NCBI GenBank assembly: GCA_905331295.1
Contig: CAJNYD010000459.1
Span: 62,001-126,000, forward strand
Reading direction: 5' to 3'
From: Rotaria socialis
Taxonomy: Eukaryota
DNA length: 64,000 bases
Under the pieces are notes generated by a model. The model did not search any database. It saw only the letters and a list, made by a program, of their open reading frames with translations, and was not told the origin of the DNA. Of the stretch, positions 53,301 to 63,398 are shown piece by piece. A program made the translations under genes and the position numbers. The first letter of the stretch is position 1. Every line of letters starts with the position of its first letter.

Positions 53301-53301
53301 T
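23367..53301 (-). CDS. Giant midasin/Rea1-like AAA+ ATPase with tandem Ig-like domains, hydrophobic hairpin and three vWA domains (~9,676 aa); exons 53301-46913, 46854-43583, 42736-23367
   Basis: Three long ORFs join via phase-compatible GT-AG introns (DLIGSIR|PYT; QWEH|EKNDL) to give 29,031 nt. Six Walker A/B pairs: GETGVGKS/LLLDE, GSEGCGKS/LILEN, GPAATGKT/FVADE, GPTCYKS/LILED, GPPGVGKT/ILFDE, GGDCSGKT/ILLDN, with midasin-type DLIGS, EGP/DGP and ERLNSL motifs. MIDAS motifs DNSGS, DQSVS and DCTGS. Confidence 0.9.
27592..27730 (-). repeat. Coding minisatellite, ~24-bp unit, encoding (STGGTGSA)n
   Basis: Six gttccaccagta cores in tandem on the + strand; one unit is shortened. Confidence 0.9.
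42737..43582 (-). other. Intron 2 of the giant AAA+ gene (846 bp, phase 1)
   Basis: Donor G|GTTAGT. A pyrimidine tract precedes acceptor TTATAG|AA. Splicing restores the frame inside AAA module 6. Confidence 0.75.
43287..43455. mobile_element. Short MITE inside intron 2
   Basis: TIR core TGTGCAGTGTCGGTG / CACCGACACTGCACA. TSD-like TCCATAT on both sides. Internal CACTG/CACCG repeats. Confidence 0.65.
46855..46912 (-). other. Intron 1 of the giant AAA+ gene (58 bp, phase 2)
   Basis: Donor AG|GTGAGT and acceptor TTTTTCAAG|A. Splicing yields the midasin-like DLIGSIRP motif. Confidence 0.9.
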
Positions 53302-53507
53302 GTGTACAATATCAAAGAATCATGTATTAAAATACGTATTGAATATTTATATCTACAAAAAAAACGATCGTTTTAGTAAAATTTTGAACATGACAACAGT
53401 CTAAATTTTGCAAAAAACCTGCGATGCACCATTGAAGCGCGTGAATAGAAAAAATTGTTCAATTTCACTTCTACCATATGCAAGTGTAGCGTCGAATGTG
53501 GATTCTT

Positions 53508-54424
53508 CCCTAGTCAAACCTTTTTATTCATGCGCTTGCTAAGACTTGAGCTCAATATGTGTTCATAGTGCATGACTTTCTTGCTCAAGACAAGCGCTTG
53601 AATGCTTGCATAAGTTACAAAACAAGCTTGTTAGCGCAGCTCCTACGGAGCTGAAATGTGGAACTCATGTATGCCTTTAGCTTTGTTACCTGACGCATCA
53701 TCTGTATGCTGAAAGACTTCTCGTCAACCATAGTTATTTTCCTTGAGGATCGATGAAAAGAGCGGAAATTTATTATTTATTTGTATATTAAAAAAATATA
53801 TTAAAAAATAAAATATTGTTTTTTCATTTAAGCACGCTTGATTTCATTTATAATTATTGCTATATACTCGATAACAATCTTTCTTTTTTTGCTTTCTAAT
53901 TTGAAATTATTTTTCTCCAATATCGACTATTTGATGAATACGGTTGTTGCAGTCTGTAATGGGTGTGAGTGTGGGTAGTTATATGGTCACCGCATCCACA
54001 CCAGAGCCTGGGCAAGTACAAGTACAGCAAGTACAAGTGAAAATACTTGTTACTTACTGTGCCAATATTGATGACACGCTTCGATGATTCTCCTTCCTTC
54101 TCTTTCTGTTCTCTTTCCATTGTTCTAATGNAACCTCGAACTTAAAACTTACACTCACTATTTTCTTCGAAAATATATGTGAGTGCCACAAAATGCAACT
54201 ATAAATTTTTATTACAAGTTGAGTTATTTTGAACGTAAAATTGAAATAGTTCTTTAATAACAGAAACGCTTCGATAAAATCTCAAGTGCATGAGCAAGAA
54301 GTATAAGAACTTGAGCTCACCGAAAGGCCTCATGTCTTCCCTCAAGATGTGTCCATAGTTCTTGACTTTCTTGATCAAGAAAGTCAAGAATTGCATGCGC
54401 TTGCAAAAAGCAGTTCGACTAGGG
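53508..54424. mobile_element. Non-autonomous TIR element with CCC...GGG termini (CMC/EnSpm-like)
   Basis: CCCTAGTCAAAC / GTTCGACTAGGG, with a possible 2-bp TSD TT and CTTGA/TCAAG subterminal repeats. It spans the N join at 54131, so contiguity is uncertain. Confidence 0.55.
53960..54130 (-). repeat. Near-identical inverted copy of 55336-55506
   Basis: About 170 bp, essentially identical (one visible mismatch), and ending exactly at the N at 54131. Confidence 0.85.
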
Positions 54425-54818
54425 TTACTAATATAACTCTATCATTGAAACAGTCTCATTTAGGATTCAAAAATTTTCAAGGCGAGGTTCCAATAGTACT
54501 GTCTTTAAAATGAATAGAGAAATATCAAGTATTTTTCTTCTAAGTATTGATCCGACCTCCATGAGATACCTAGTTCGAATTCGAATATAAATGGATACCC
54601 AACTGCATGGTGCCAATTCGAAAATAAGTGATAAAAGTAGATTTAGTTTTAGATTTAGTTTAAGATGGAGTGGGTGTGGGTTGCTGGAGGTTAAGGGATA
54701 ACTGTGGGTGGCGGTGCGAGTGAGGGGGTGGGCAGGAAAGATACCCGAGGGACTTCAAATTTTGGTGTGGGTAGTGGATACCCTGGATGTGTGCTCCAAT
54801 GCGGATGTGGGTGTGGAT

Positions 54819-55464
54819 CAGAGACTGGATACTGAGTACAATTACTCAGTATTTTCGTACTTCTTACTTAAAAATCGTAAGTACAAAATATACTTTAGAA
54901 GTACAAGTAAATTTACTTGTACTCCTCGAATGTACTTAAGTGCCGATACTTAGTAATTACAAATTTACTTAAGTACAAGTACCAAGTACTGATGTCTCGA
55001 TGATCATATAAATGTTTCAAATGTACTTGGTAATTTTACTTAAGTACCGGTACTCAGTACAAATGTACTTAAGTAATTGTACTTGAGTAAAAGTCCAAAG
55101 TACAACTAGTAAGTGTAACGAACAACTTGATTAGCGTAGCTTGTGCCACTCTCGGCAATGATGTTTATTAGACTACTTCAAGTTATCCAGAGTGTAACGA
55201 CAAAACTAGAGACTGTCGCCTATGCCCGTCGGCATGATGGTGTATTGTGTCATCTGACATCTCCAGAGTGTAACAACTTCATACATAACGCACGTATATA
55301 TAGGAGAGAGATTGAAGAGAGACAATAGAGAGATACATTAGAACAATGGAAAGAGAACAGAAAGAGAAGGAAGGAGAATCATCGAAGCGTGTCATCAATA
55401 TTGGCACAGTAAGTAACAAGTATTTTCACTTGTACTTGCTGTACTTGTACTTGCCCAGTCTCTG
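54819..55464. mobile_element. hAT-type MITE with AAGTAC/GTACTT arrays
   Basis: TIR CAGAGACTGG / CCAGTCTCTG. Perfect 8-bp TSD GTGTGGAT at 54811-54818 and 55465-55472. Confidence 0.88.
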
Positions 55465-55688
55465 GTGTGGATGCGGTGACCATATAACTACCCACACTCA
55501 CACCCACCAACATCCCCCAAAAAACCTCGAATTTTAGTATTCATGTATCAGCTTGTACCATCCCATCTTCCCCCAAAAATCTAGAATTCTAAGTTTTCGG
55601 GGAGGGTGGGGAGCAGGTCGAGCAATCCGACAGTAGGCACCTATCGGAACCCGTAGCTTCTCAAAATAGATACTTTTTAATTAGCATA

Positions 55689-55809
55689 CAGCTATTTAAA
55701 ACTTTCTATAGCTATTTAAACTGTCATGACTATTGAAAGCGCCATACCTATTTAAACTGCACAGCTATTTAAAATTACCAAAGCTATTGAAACTGTCATA
55801 GCTATTTAA
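55689..55809 (+). repeat. Minisatellite, ~19-21 bp unit (AGCTATTTAAACTG...)
   Basis: About seven degenerate ctatt(t/g)aaa units in tandem. Confidence 0.75.
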
Positions 55810-56210
55810 TCCATATTGATGTATACTTTAGGTTATCTAACAATTTTATGTCAACTACTTTGAGGCCATATTAAAACTTCGGTCCCTGAAATTTTCAAAG
55901 CAGTTAAATATTTCTTTAAGATTACCAGTCATCGATGAAATTTTTCTTCCAAAAGCTAGTTTCTTTAAATAGTTACAAATCGTTAGTACTGATCATTAAA
56001 AAAATATCACACAAAGGTGAAGAAATCTTTAAAATAATACAACGAGGTTGACGAAGAATCATCGATAAAACTATAAGATCAGAGGAAAAGCATAGCTTGG
56101 TAAATCTGTTAACATTGCGAATTTTCAGATCGAAAATTACTGCATAGACATAATAAAAGCCTAAAAATAATAAATTATTTACAATGTTAAATAAGACAAT
56201 TTCTTAAAAT

Positions 56211-56296
56211 TTTTTTCCCAATCGTGTTCGTCTTTTTTTTCCCAATCCTGCTCGTCTTTTTTCCCAATCCTGCTTTTTTCCCAATCCTGCTCTTCT
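56211..56296 (+). repeat. Short tandem repeat (TTTTTCCCAATCCTGCTC)
   Basis: Four cccaatc(c/g)tg units separated by T runs. Confidence 0.8.
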
Positions 56297-56569
56297 TTAT
56301 TTTTTTGAGAGCAAGAGTTTAGTGTTCAAGCTTGTCAAAACCGTGAAAGCTGCACACTGCAAAAAAGATATTTCGGAAGAATTTCTAAATAACGATTATA
56401 GTCAGGACTTATTTACTTTTTCTCCAGTTTTTTCTTGATATTAGATTACCTAAATTTGTATAACTTGCGCAAAACTAAGACATGTGTCTCTTTCTGTTCT
56501 GGCAATTCTAACAGAATAGGATACACGTTCCTGAGAAAATTTTCAATATCATGGCTTCATTGGTTAAAG

Positions 56570-57140
56570 ATGATTTTAGTTTATGATAACTTTCACCTTC
56601 GGACTATGCGGCCAAGATAAAAATTTATGGAAGGTGATATTCGACCTAAGTGATAAAATTGTGTCAAAACTTTTTCTAGTCGTGGTTTCTGGATATTTTT
56701 TATTTCCACTACCTCAGTTAACTTGTTGTCATTTTAGTAGAATTTGATTTTAATCATAATTTACAGTGGATTCTATCGACAAATCTCAAATCTCATTTAA
56801 ATATATGGTTCCATTTGAGTTACAACATTTTGAATTTTTGTCACTGTTTCTGCGACATATCGCAAAATTCTCAATCGCTACAATTCTTAAATGGAAACAT
56901 TCTTACGTTAGATCCAATTTTAAATCCGTCGACGGAATCCGCTATCAATTATGATTAAATAAAAAACAAAACAATTTCAGAGGATGGCACTTTAGAAATG
57001 TTTCTGTCAATATCAATTGCAATTTTTAAAAACGTTTTTGACGAAAACTCATCACTAGGGTTCAATCCAATATCACCTTCCATAAGTTTAATTTTGATTC
57101 CATGCTCTGAAGTTGGCAGTCAACATAAATCATAATTATC
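56570..57140. repeat. Diverged inverted-repeat (foldback-like) element
   Basis: TTATGGAAGGTGATATT (~56626) and its reverse complement AATATCACCTTCCATAA (~57069), with diverged similarity extending on both sides. Ends are approximate. Confidence 0.55.
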
Positions 57141-57269
57141 GATACATCACTGCATCGCTTTTTTTACGGCAAATTTCTCTGCTGAACTAGGTACGAATAC
57201 GAATTGCATATATATCGTTCGTTCAAGCCTTTACGGTTTAATAAAAGGCTTATTAAAATAAGCTTCCCT

Positions 57270-57729
57270 NNNNNNNNNNNNNNNNNNNNNNNNNNNNNNN
57301 NNNNNNNNNNNNNNNNNNNNNNNNNNNNNNNNNNNNNNNNNNNNNNNNNNNNNNNNNNNNNNNNNNNNNNNNNNNNNNNNNNNNNNNNNNNNNNNNNNNN
57401 NNNNNNNNNNNNNNNNNNNNNNNNNNNNNNNNNNNNNNNNNNNNNNNNNNNNNNNNNNNNNNNNNNNNNNNNNNNNNNNNNNNNNNNNNNNNNNNNNNNN
57501 NNNNNNNNNNNNNNNNNNNNNNNNNNNNNNNNNNNNNNNNNNNNNNNNNNNNNNNNNNNNNNNNNNNNNNNNNNNNNNNNNNNNNNNNNNNNNNNNNNNN
57601 NNNNNNNNNNNNNNNNNNNNNNNNNNNNNNNNNNNNNNNNNNNNNNNNNNNNNNNNNNNNNNNNNNNNNNNNNNNNNNNNNNNNNNNNNNNNNNNNNNNN
57701 NNNNNNNNNNNNNNNNNNNNNNNNNNNNN
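57270..57729. other. Assembly gap
   Basis: Run of N. Confidence 1.
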
Positions 57730-58175
57730 ATACTGTGGTACATGTCGACACATGAATTTTAGAATTTTAGGTTTTGGGGAGAAGATGGGGTGATACAAGT
57801 AGGTACATACCAAGTTAAACGAAACGGGTAGAGTATATTGCGGGCCGTTCGGTGCAAGTTGTACTCGTATTTTTGCACCCCTCCATTCCGTTGAAAAAGA
57901 TGAAAAAATAGCACACTTACAAATAGTAATGAGTTCTGGAGAAAAAATTTGTACATAATGTCAATCGCAAAATTCAACGCAAGAATGTGCGTAAAAAGAA
58001 CAAACAGAAAAGGAAAAAGTTGAAATCGATGTGAAGTCACCATGACAACCAATAGAAATGCAGCTAAAAACAACCAATCATTGACGCTCCATGCTTTGCC
58101 ATTCCGCATTCATAATTTACCATCATCGACCCTGTGACCGCTCACTTTGTCGCAATTACTTCGTCGCAGAACAGT

Positions 58176-59123
58176 TCGTCGCACGACACTTCGTCGCAGA
58201 AAAATTCTTTTCGTTCTGTTGTTCTTACCTATTTGTCGCATCTCTCTTAATAAATTATATGTTTTGTGCATAATACACATAACATAATGAGGAACAGATT
58301 GAGAATAGAAACAGTCTAAAGGAAAAAAATTACCTAAAGGTAATGTTGCCTGCTATCTTTTTTAAGATATGGTCTAGTTGAGATAAGTCGAGGGAGTTGA
58401 CCGGTTGAATTTTAATATCACTTTTTAATTAAATAATCGGAAAACGATCGGGTTTTGGAGCATGGGAGTGTGATGTTGGTGGTGAGAGAATTGTCTTCAG
58501 GAATAAATTCGTATAACAACGACCTTCATTGATAAATGATTTTTATTTCAATTAATTGATTGATATTCAAAACGATTTTAGCTTTACAATCTCAATTCAG
58601 AGATCGAAGAATAAATTTAGTCGTTATTGTACGTTTTTCAGTATAGATGTCACCTTCTTGGAGCATCATTGTTTTGTCTTTTATACAAAACAGCTTTTCT
58701 ATTTGAAACACTTTGCTTGAAAACTAGTGCGTAGTGAAAATTGAAATTAAGGAGTGAAATGTATTTTTTTATTTGACTTATAGTCCAATAGTTAAGAATG
58801 TCAGACCAGTATTATTTTTAGTTTGGATTACACAGGAATTCCTGAATCGAGCGACGAATCTAATTAGTCCTCATTAGCTTTAGCACTATCACAATTACAT
58901 GAGAAAATGTTTTTTAATTTATCCTTTCATCCAATTAAAATTATATGTCTCAGCACAATTAATTATCTATCCCTATTTTACATATCTCTTGCAATATTTC
59001 ATTTATTTTACGTTATTTCCATTGGTTGTACACAAAACATATGATTTATTAAGAGAGATGCGATAAATAGATAAGGACAACAGAAGGAAAAGAATTTTTC
59101 TGCGACGAAGTGTCGTGCGACGA
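58176..59123. mobile_element. Non-autonomous element with ~95-bp terminal inverted repeats
   Basis: TCGTCGCACGACACTTCGTCGCAGAAAAATTCTTTT...CATCTCTCTTAATAAAT is mirrored at ~59030-59123. TCGTCGCA sub-repeats. TSD not resolved. Confidence 0.7.
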
Positions 59124-59415
59124 TATGTACTAGTGCCAAATTAACAGATGGCTCCCTATTACTATCAATGGAGAAAATATTTACACTCTTTTCGATTCAA
59201 AATTCAGACTTCAGTGCTTTAAAGGGTGTGGGTACGGGTGCCTGCCTCCTTTTCAGATACACCCACACCCCTTCGAAATCCGAATATGATTCCAGTGCCA
59301 ATGATGTAACTACTATACAATTCACTTTAAGCTAATCAAATAAGATTCATAGGGAGGCAAAATGAGTAACTTATTATTCTCATTTTAGAATCACTCGAAT
59401 AGTTCCACAAAATAA

Positions 59416-59460
59416 AACCATCTGAAAAGTCCTTTAGCAGGGACGAAACGCGTCGTGGTT
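59416..59460 (+). ncRNA. Minimal type I hammerhead ribozyme-like motif (G8A variant)
   Basis: aaccat-CTGAAAA-GTCCTT(TAGC)AGGGAC-GAAAC-GC-GTC-gtggtt. Stems I and II pair fully and there is a GUC cleavage triplet. The core reads CUGAAAA instead of CUGANGA. Confidence 0.7.
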
Positions 59461-59579
59461 GCTGTTCAAAACACACCCACACTCTCAAGATATTAGATTA
59501 TTGGGAAAAGTTTTCATTAAGTCTCATAATTCTCTTTTGAATCTGCAGACTTCAGTTCATCAATTGCACATCATTTATT

Positions 59580-59648
59580 ATTATTCCGAATTTCCCTGAT
59601 GAGTCTGGTGAGTCAGGACAAAAACTGCCGTAAATAGCTCGGAATAAT
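59580..59648 (+). ncRNA. Second, degenerate hammerhead-like motif
   Basis: attattccga...CTGATGA-gtctggtgagtcaggac-AAAA-ac-tgcc-gt-a...tcggaataat. CTGATGA and the closing stem are intact; GAAA is mutated. Confidence 0.5.
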
Positions 59649-59815
59649 CTTCTGAAAATCTACCGTCACCCTCACTCTTATTCCCTCTCATTGCGTGAGA
59701 AATAATCACTAGTTTCCTATAAGTTGAATAGGTTGCATTTTCAATAATGGATGATTCAAAGAAAAAGCCGCAAAAATTCTAGTCTTTTCCTCATTTTCAT
59801 GTGAACTGCCGAAGC

Positions 59816-60334
59816 TCAAAGGCCCCGAACATGTGTGTCGGGTACCACTCGAAAAATGCGCTTGGTGTGATGGTCAAGACCGTAATGGTCACGTGCTGCG
59901 GGGCGTCGATAACCTCCTGAATCATAGATCTTGTCCCGATGTAGCAGTATAATATGCGATTGAGTAACAAAGCCAGTACTATCTGGGTCGCCCAGAATTT
60001 CCTCTGGATTATAGGTGGTATAGAAGCTGAGGGCGAATAAGTCATCTAAAGCGATCAGTTCTTCGATGTAAAACTTCAGTTTACGTGCATCGTGTGGACA
60101 ATAGGCCAATTTCATCCCATATGGCTTCAGGGCAGCTGACCAGGACACAGGATCTTGCGTGTTTAAGTTGCCTTGGAAATCTTCGGGTTGCCTGCCGGTA
60201 AGCATGGCCAAACAATTAGATACGCAGGTGGGACCTCGCTGACTGAGTCGCCGAATGGTAAGGTCACGAAAATAGTGTTCCCCTTCATTTGCTGGCCAGA
60301 GAGGGGTGTCTCGGTCACTCTTAAATGTTGACAT
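59816..60334 (-). CDS. Small papain-fold (peptidase C39-like) protein, 172 aa, intronless
   Basis: Q-x4-C (QRGPTCVSNCLAML), then SHIILL and IYDS, giving the Q/C/H/D order of C39-like peptidases. Visibly more GC-rich than its flanks. Confidence 0.65.
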   Translation of the reverse strand: MSTFKSDRDTPLWPANEGEHYFRDLTIRRLSQRGPTCVSNCLAMLTGRQPEDFQGNLNTQDPVSWSAALKPYGMKLAYCPHDARKLKFYIEELIALDDLFALSFYTTYNPEEILGDPDSTGFVTQSHIILLHRDKIYDSGGYRRPAARDHYGLDHHTKRIFRVVPDTHVRGL

Positions 60335-60485
60335 TGCTCAGCACGGTGAATGTATCTGAAATATATGTTTTTTTTTGTGTAAGACCGCACACAGGGGTGG
60401 ATCAATGAAGAAAGGATATATCCTGCAATTCTTGGTTTTTTCCTTCCTCTCACTTTCGATGAACAAACAGAAAATGAATATATAT

Positions 60486-60562
60486 GCTTCAATCAGGATT
60501 CGAACCCAAGTTGCGATAACTGGTTGACAGGACCGTTGCTCTGACCCTTGAGCTATCGAAGT
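60486..60562 (-). pseudogene. tRNA-derived sequence (tRNA-Thr-like pseudogene or SINE head), copy A
   Basis: ACTTCGATAGCTCAAGGGTCAGAGCA...GGGTTCGAATCC...GAAGC retains A and B boxes; the anticodon arm is disrupted. Confidence 0.6.
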
Positions 60563-60832
60563 CCGACGAACATAATATTTCATTTCTGAATGATATTTAA
60601 TCGTCGAAAATATTTTAACGTCGATACGATGTATACGACGCACATGGATAAAGCGACGCTATTTATAACCATGTAAAGATGATCGTAAATGTTCTCCTCT
60701 TGTCGAGGGTAAATACATGTGTATGGATGGAAAAAGAGTTTATCTAACTATATAAAGCAATACTTCATTTTTCACGTCCTTTCACTTTCGACGATTAAAT
60801 ATCATTCAGAAATACAACATCATTTTCATCGC

Positions 60833-60909
60833 GCTTGGATACCTCAATGGTTAGAGCACTGGTCCAGTAAACCAGATATCGCATCTTGGGTTCGATTGCG
60901 GATTGAAGC
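60833..60909 (+). pseudogene. tRNA-Thr(AGT)-like pseudogene, copy B, inverted relative to copy A
   Basis: GCTTGGATACCTCAATGGTTAGAGCACTGGTCCAGTAAACCAG...GGGTTCGATTG: CTGGT/ACCAG anticodon stem with an AGT loop. Mismatched D and T arms. Confidence 0.6.
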
Positions 60910-61272
60910 ATATATATTTATTTGTTGTTTCTTCATCAAAGTGGAACGAACGGAATATCCAAGAATTTTATGATATATACCCGTGGAAAGCAAAGTTGGA
61001 CTTTGTATTTCGAATATATTTGTACTAAAGAAGTACTTTTAAAAAAATACAAATTACATATTCTGAAAGTCCGTGGAGTTCTCTTTCATGTTGTATAATT
61101 ATGATTTTATTTAGATCTATTCGTTACCGAAATAAATTGCATACAACGAAGACACCCCTATGCCGCGATCTCCAAAGATTTAATTCTTTTTCTCCCATCA
61201 AAATTAGTTCTTTGAATTTTTCATCCATATAGGATTACCTATTTAAAAAAACAGTTTTAGATTCTGATAGAG

Positions 61273-62231
61273 CTTAACAATCTCTATCATGCCATATATT
61301 GGCTTATTTTTTTATGTTCACTTGTTTTAACAAAAACTTTACTACAGTAAACATGTCATCAATTGACAAATATCTAAAATCGGTATTTTTCGTTGCTGTT
61401 GGTGCTCTCTTTTTGCATTTATTATTTTTTTGCGAAAATGTTTTTGAATAAGCAATTATATATTCTGGTAGAGCTTGAAATACTCTATCATTGTGCACTT
61501 TTGAAACAATAAACGAGAGAGTGAATAAAAAAAGCTACTTGCATATCGAGGTTGTCAACAAGTTTATCGATGTAATATTCAAATTATTCTCCAGCACACC
61601 AATGCAAGATAATTAAAAAACGTGCAGGGTGATAGAGTATTTCAAACTCTACCAGAATATATAACTGCTTAATCAAAAAAAGTTTCTGGTAGTAGTAACA
61701 AATTCAAAAAGAGAGCTGAAAACAACGAAAGACGCAAATAACTATTTGTCGATTCAGAATTGTTTCATTGTACTTAAATTATTTGTCGCTAGGCAAACGC
61801 AAGAAAATAAGAAAGAAAAGAAAGAAAGAATACCCTTGCCTTGCGGCTACCTTTCAGTATAGGGTAGCTGCCCGGAGACAGTTTCAAGAGCCCCGATATT
61901 TTTCCTACAACTATTACTAGCTGCAGCTCTGGACAGAAGGCCGGCCTGACTCAGAGTTCCTTCCGCTTAATTACTTAAGCTTCCCATGCATACTGACTAA
62001 CCACATACTATCCACGAGGATATTTTTATGTATGTCACATGTAATCAGCGTGCTATCGGATGGGTGATCCGAGACAAAGCAGCCGTTAGTAACTTATCCA
62101 ATGTTATTCTATGGATGATGGCGCCGAGGTTTGAACACACTATCTTGTGGATATGTGCCGAACATCTTAACCATCCAGCCATAGCGGCTTAAGAAAATAA
62201 GCAAATATATGGGGTGATAGAGATTTTTAAG
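61273..62231. mobile_element. Foldback element (~225-bp diverged arms) with a SINE in its right arm
   Basis: 61273-61498 aligns to the reverse complement of 61622-61800 plus 62191-62231 (e.g. TATATATTCTGGTAGAG..TGAAATACTCTATCA). Confidence 0.75.
61812..62190 (-). mobile_element. tRNA-derived SINE with (CTTT)n-like tail and 11-bp TSD
   Basis: Head GCCGCTATGGCTGGATGGTTAAG...GTTCAAACC has A and B boxes. The 3' tail is TCTTTCTTTTCTTTC. TSD AAGAAAATAAG at 61801-61811 and 62191-62201. Confidence 0.8.
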
Positions 62232-63398
62232 ACAGGGTCCGCGGAACCACTTAGCAACTTTACTAGGAGTCGGCCGCAGGTAAAATTTTGATTTTCGATT
62301 TAACTATTTTAAATCGAAAGTCTAGTCAAACCATAAATGAATCCAAAATATTAGGTCTTTCTGATGTGCCGGAGAAAAATGTCAGCGCTAGCAAGTTATA
62401 CACCACTTACATTTGGTAAAAAAAGTGAAGTTTTTAGGGTGTCAGCAGTATTTTATACTTTCCTCCGCGTTCGCTCATTCGTTTGACTTCGGGAATGTCT
62501 CAAAAGATAGAGAAATGCTTTCTCTACAAAACGCAGTGGTTAATTTATTTATCCAACACCACATATCAGTAGATACTACCAATATACAGACAAAAATTTC
62601 GATTGGTTAAAATGAGGATTTTTCAGTATTTTGACAATACCCACGCTGAATTATGTCATCCCAAATTAATTTGCATATTTTCTGAAAGCCCTTTGAATTG
62701 TGCATCTCCTCTGGTATTGCTTTTTCAGATAAAAGTTGAGCGAAAATAGCTAATCTACACGACAAATGTTGACATTGGATAGTTTCTCTGTTCAATCGGA
62801 TGCAAGATTAGCTGAGTATATTCTGTATGATTGCCCAAATGCAAAATTTGATTTCAGATTCGTGATTGGCATGAAAATTTGATCATAAAAATATCATTTG
62901 CTTGAATACATAGTTATTTCAGATAAGAACACCTACAGCGTAGCAACAATTTGAAGCATTTTTTCGGAATACTTTCTGGTATGTCTCTCTAATCACTAAG
63001 TCAGAGATCTAAAAATAAGAATTTTGCTTTACTTAGAATCTCTGAACACTTAGCTCGAAAATCTGCTTTTTACTTTTCTCGGTTCATACTTTACCGTTGA
63101 GCAAATTGAACTTTTCTTGATGCTGTCGAAAATCGATATAAATATGTTAAAATTGCTATTATTTATGGATGTGGGTGTCAGAAGAAGTCTCCTAATCACA
63201 CCACACCCACACCCTGCGTAGATTAAGAAATCCAACGAGAAAATAAAACGTTAAATTCCATTATCTCCGTATTGTTATTCATATTTCGTATCTTTTGGAA
63301 TTTGCTCTTGGAAGTTTGTTTAAGATAACATATGCTAATAAAAACCTTCTCAAGAATTATTACCAGTCACTTTTATTTCAAGTTAATATTATCTGGTT

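Noticed and set aside
23367..53301. Labelling the gene MDN1, dynein heavy chain or RNF213
   Set aside because: The AAA motifs are midasin-type, but size and tail architecture differ from MDN1. No dynein-specific or RING features were seen, and orthology cannot be shown without a phylogeny.
53960..55506. 170-bp near-perfect inverted repeat suggesting a large TIR element or inversion
   Set aside because: It copies a MITE end plus its unique flank and stops exactly at an N, so it is most likely an assembly or haplotype join artefact.
55689..56296. Short repeats as a CRISPR array
   Set aside because: The units are directly tandem and degenerate with no unique spacers, there are no cas genes, and the context is eukaryotic.
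57164..57813. ORFs of 170-195 aa
   Set aside because: They consist mostly of N-gap residues.
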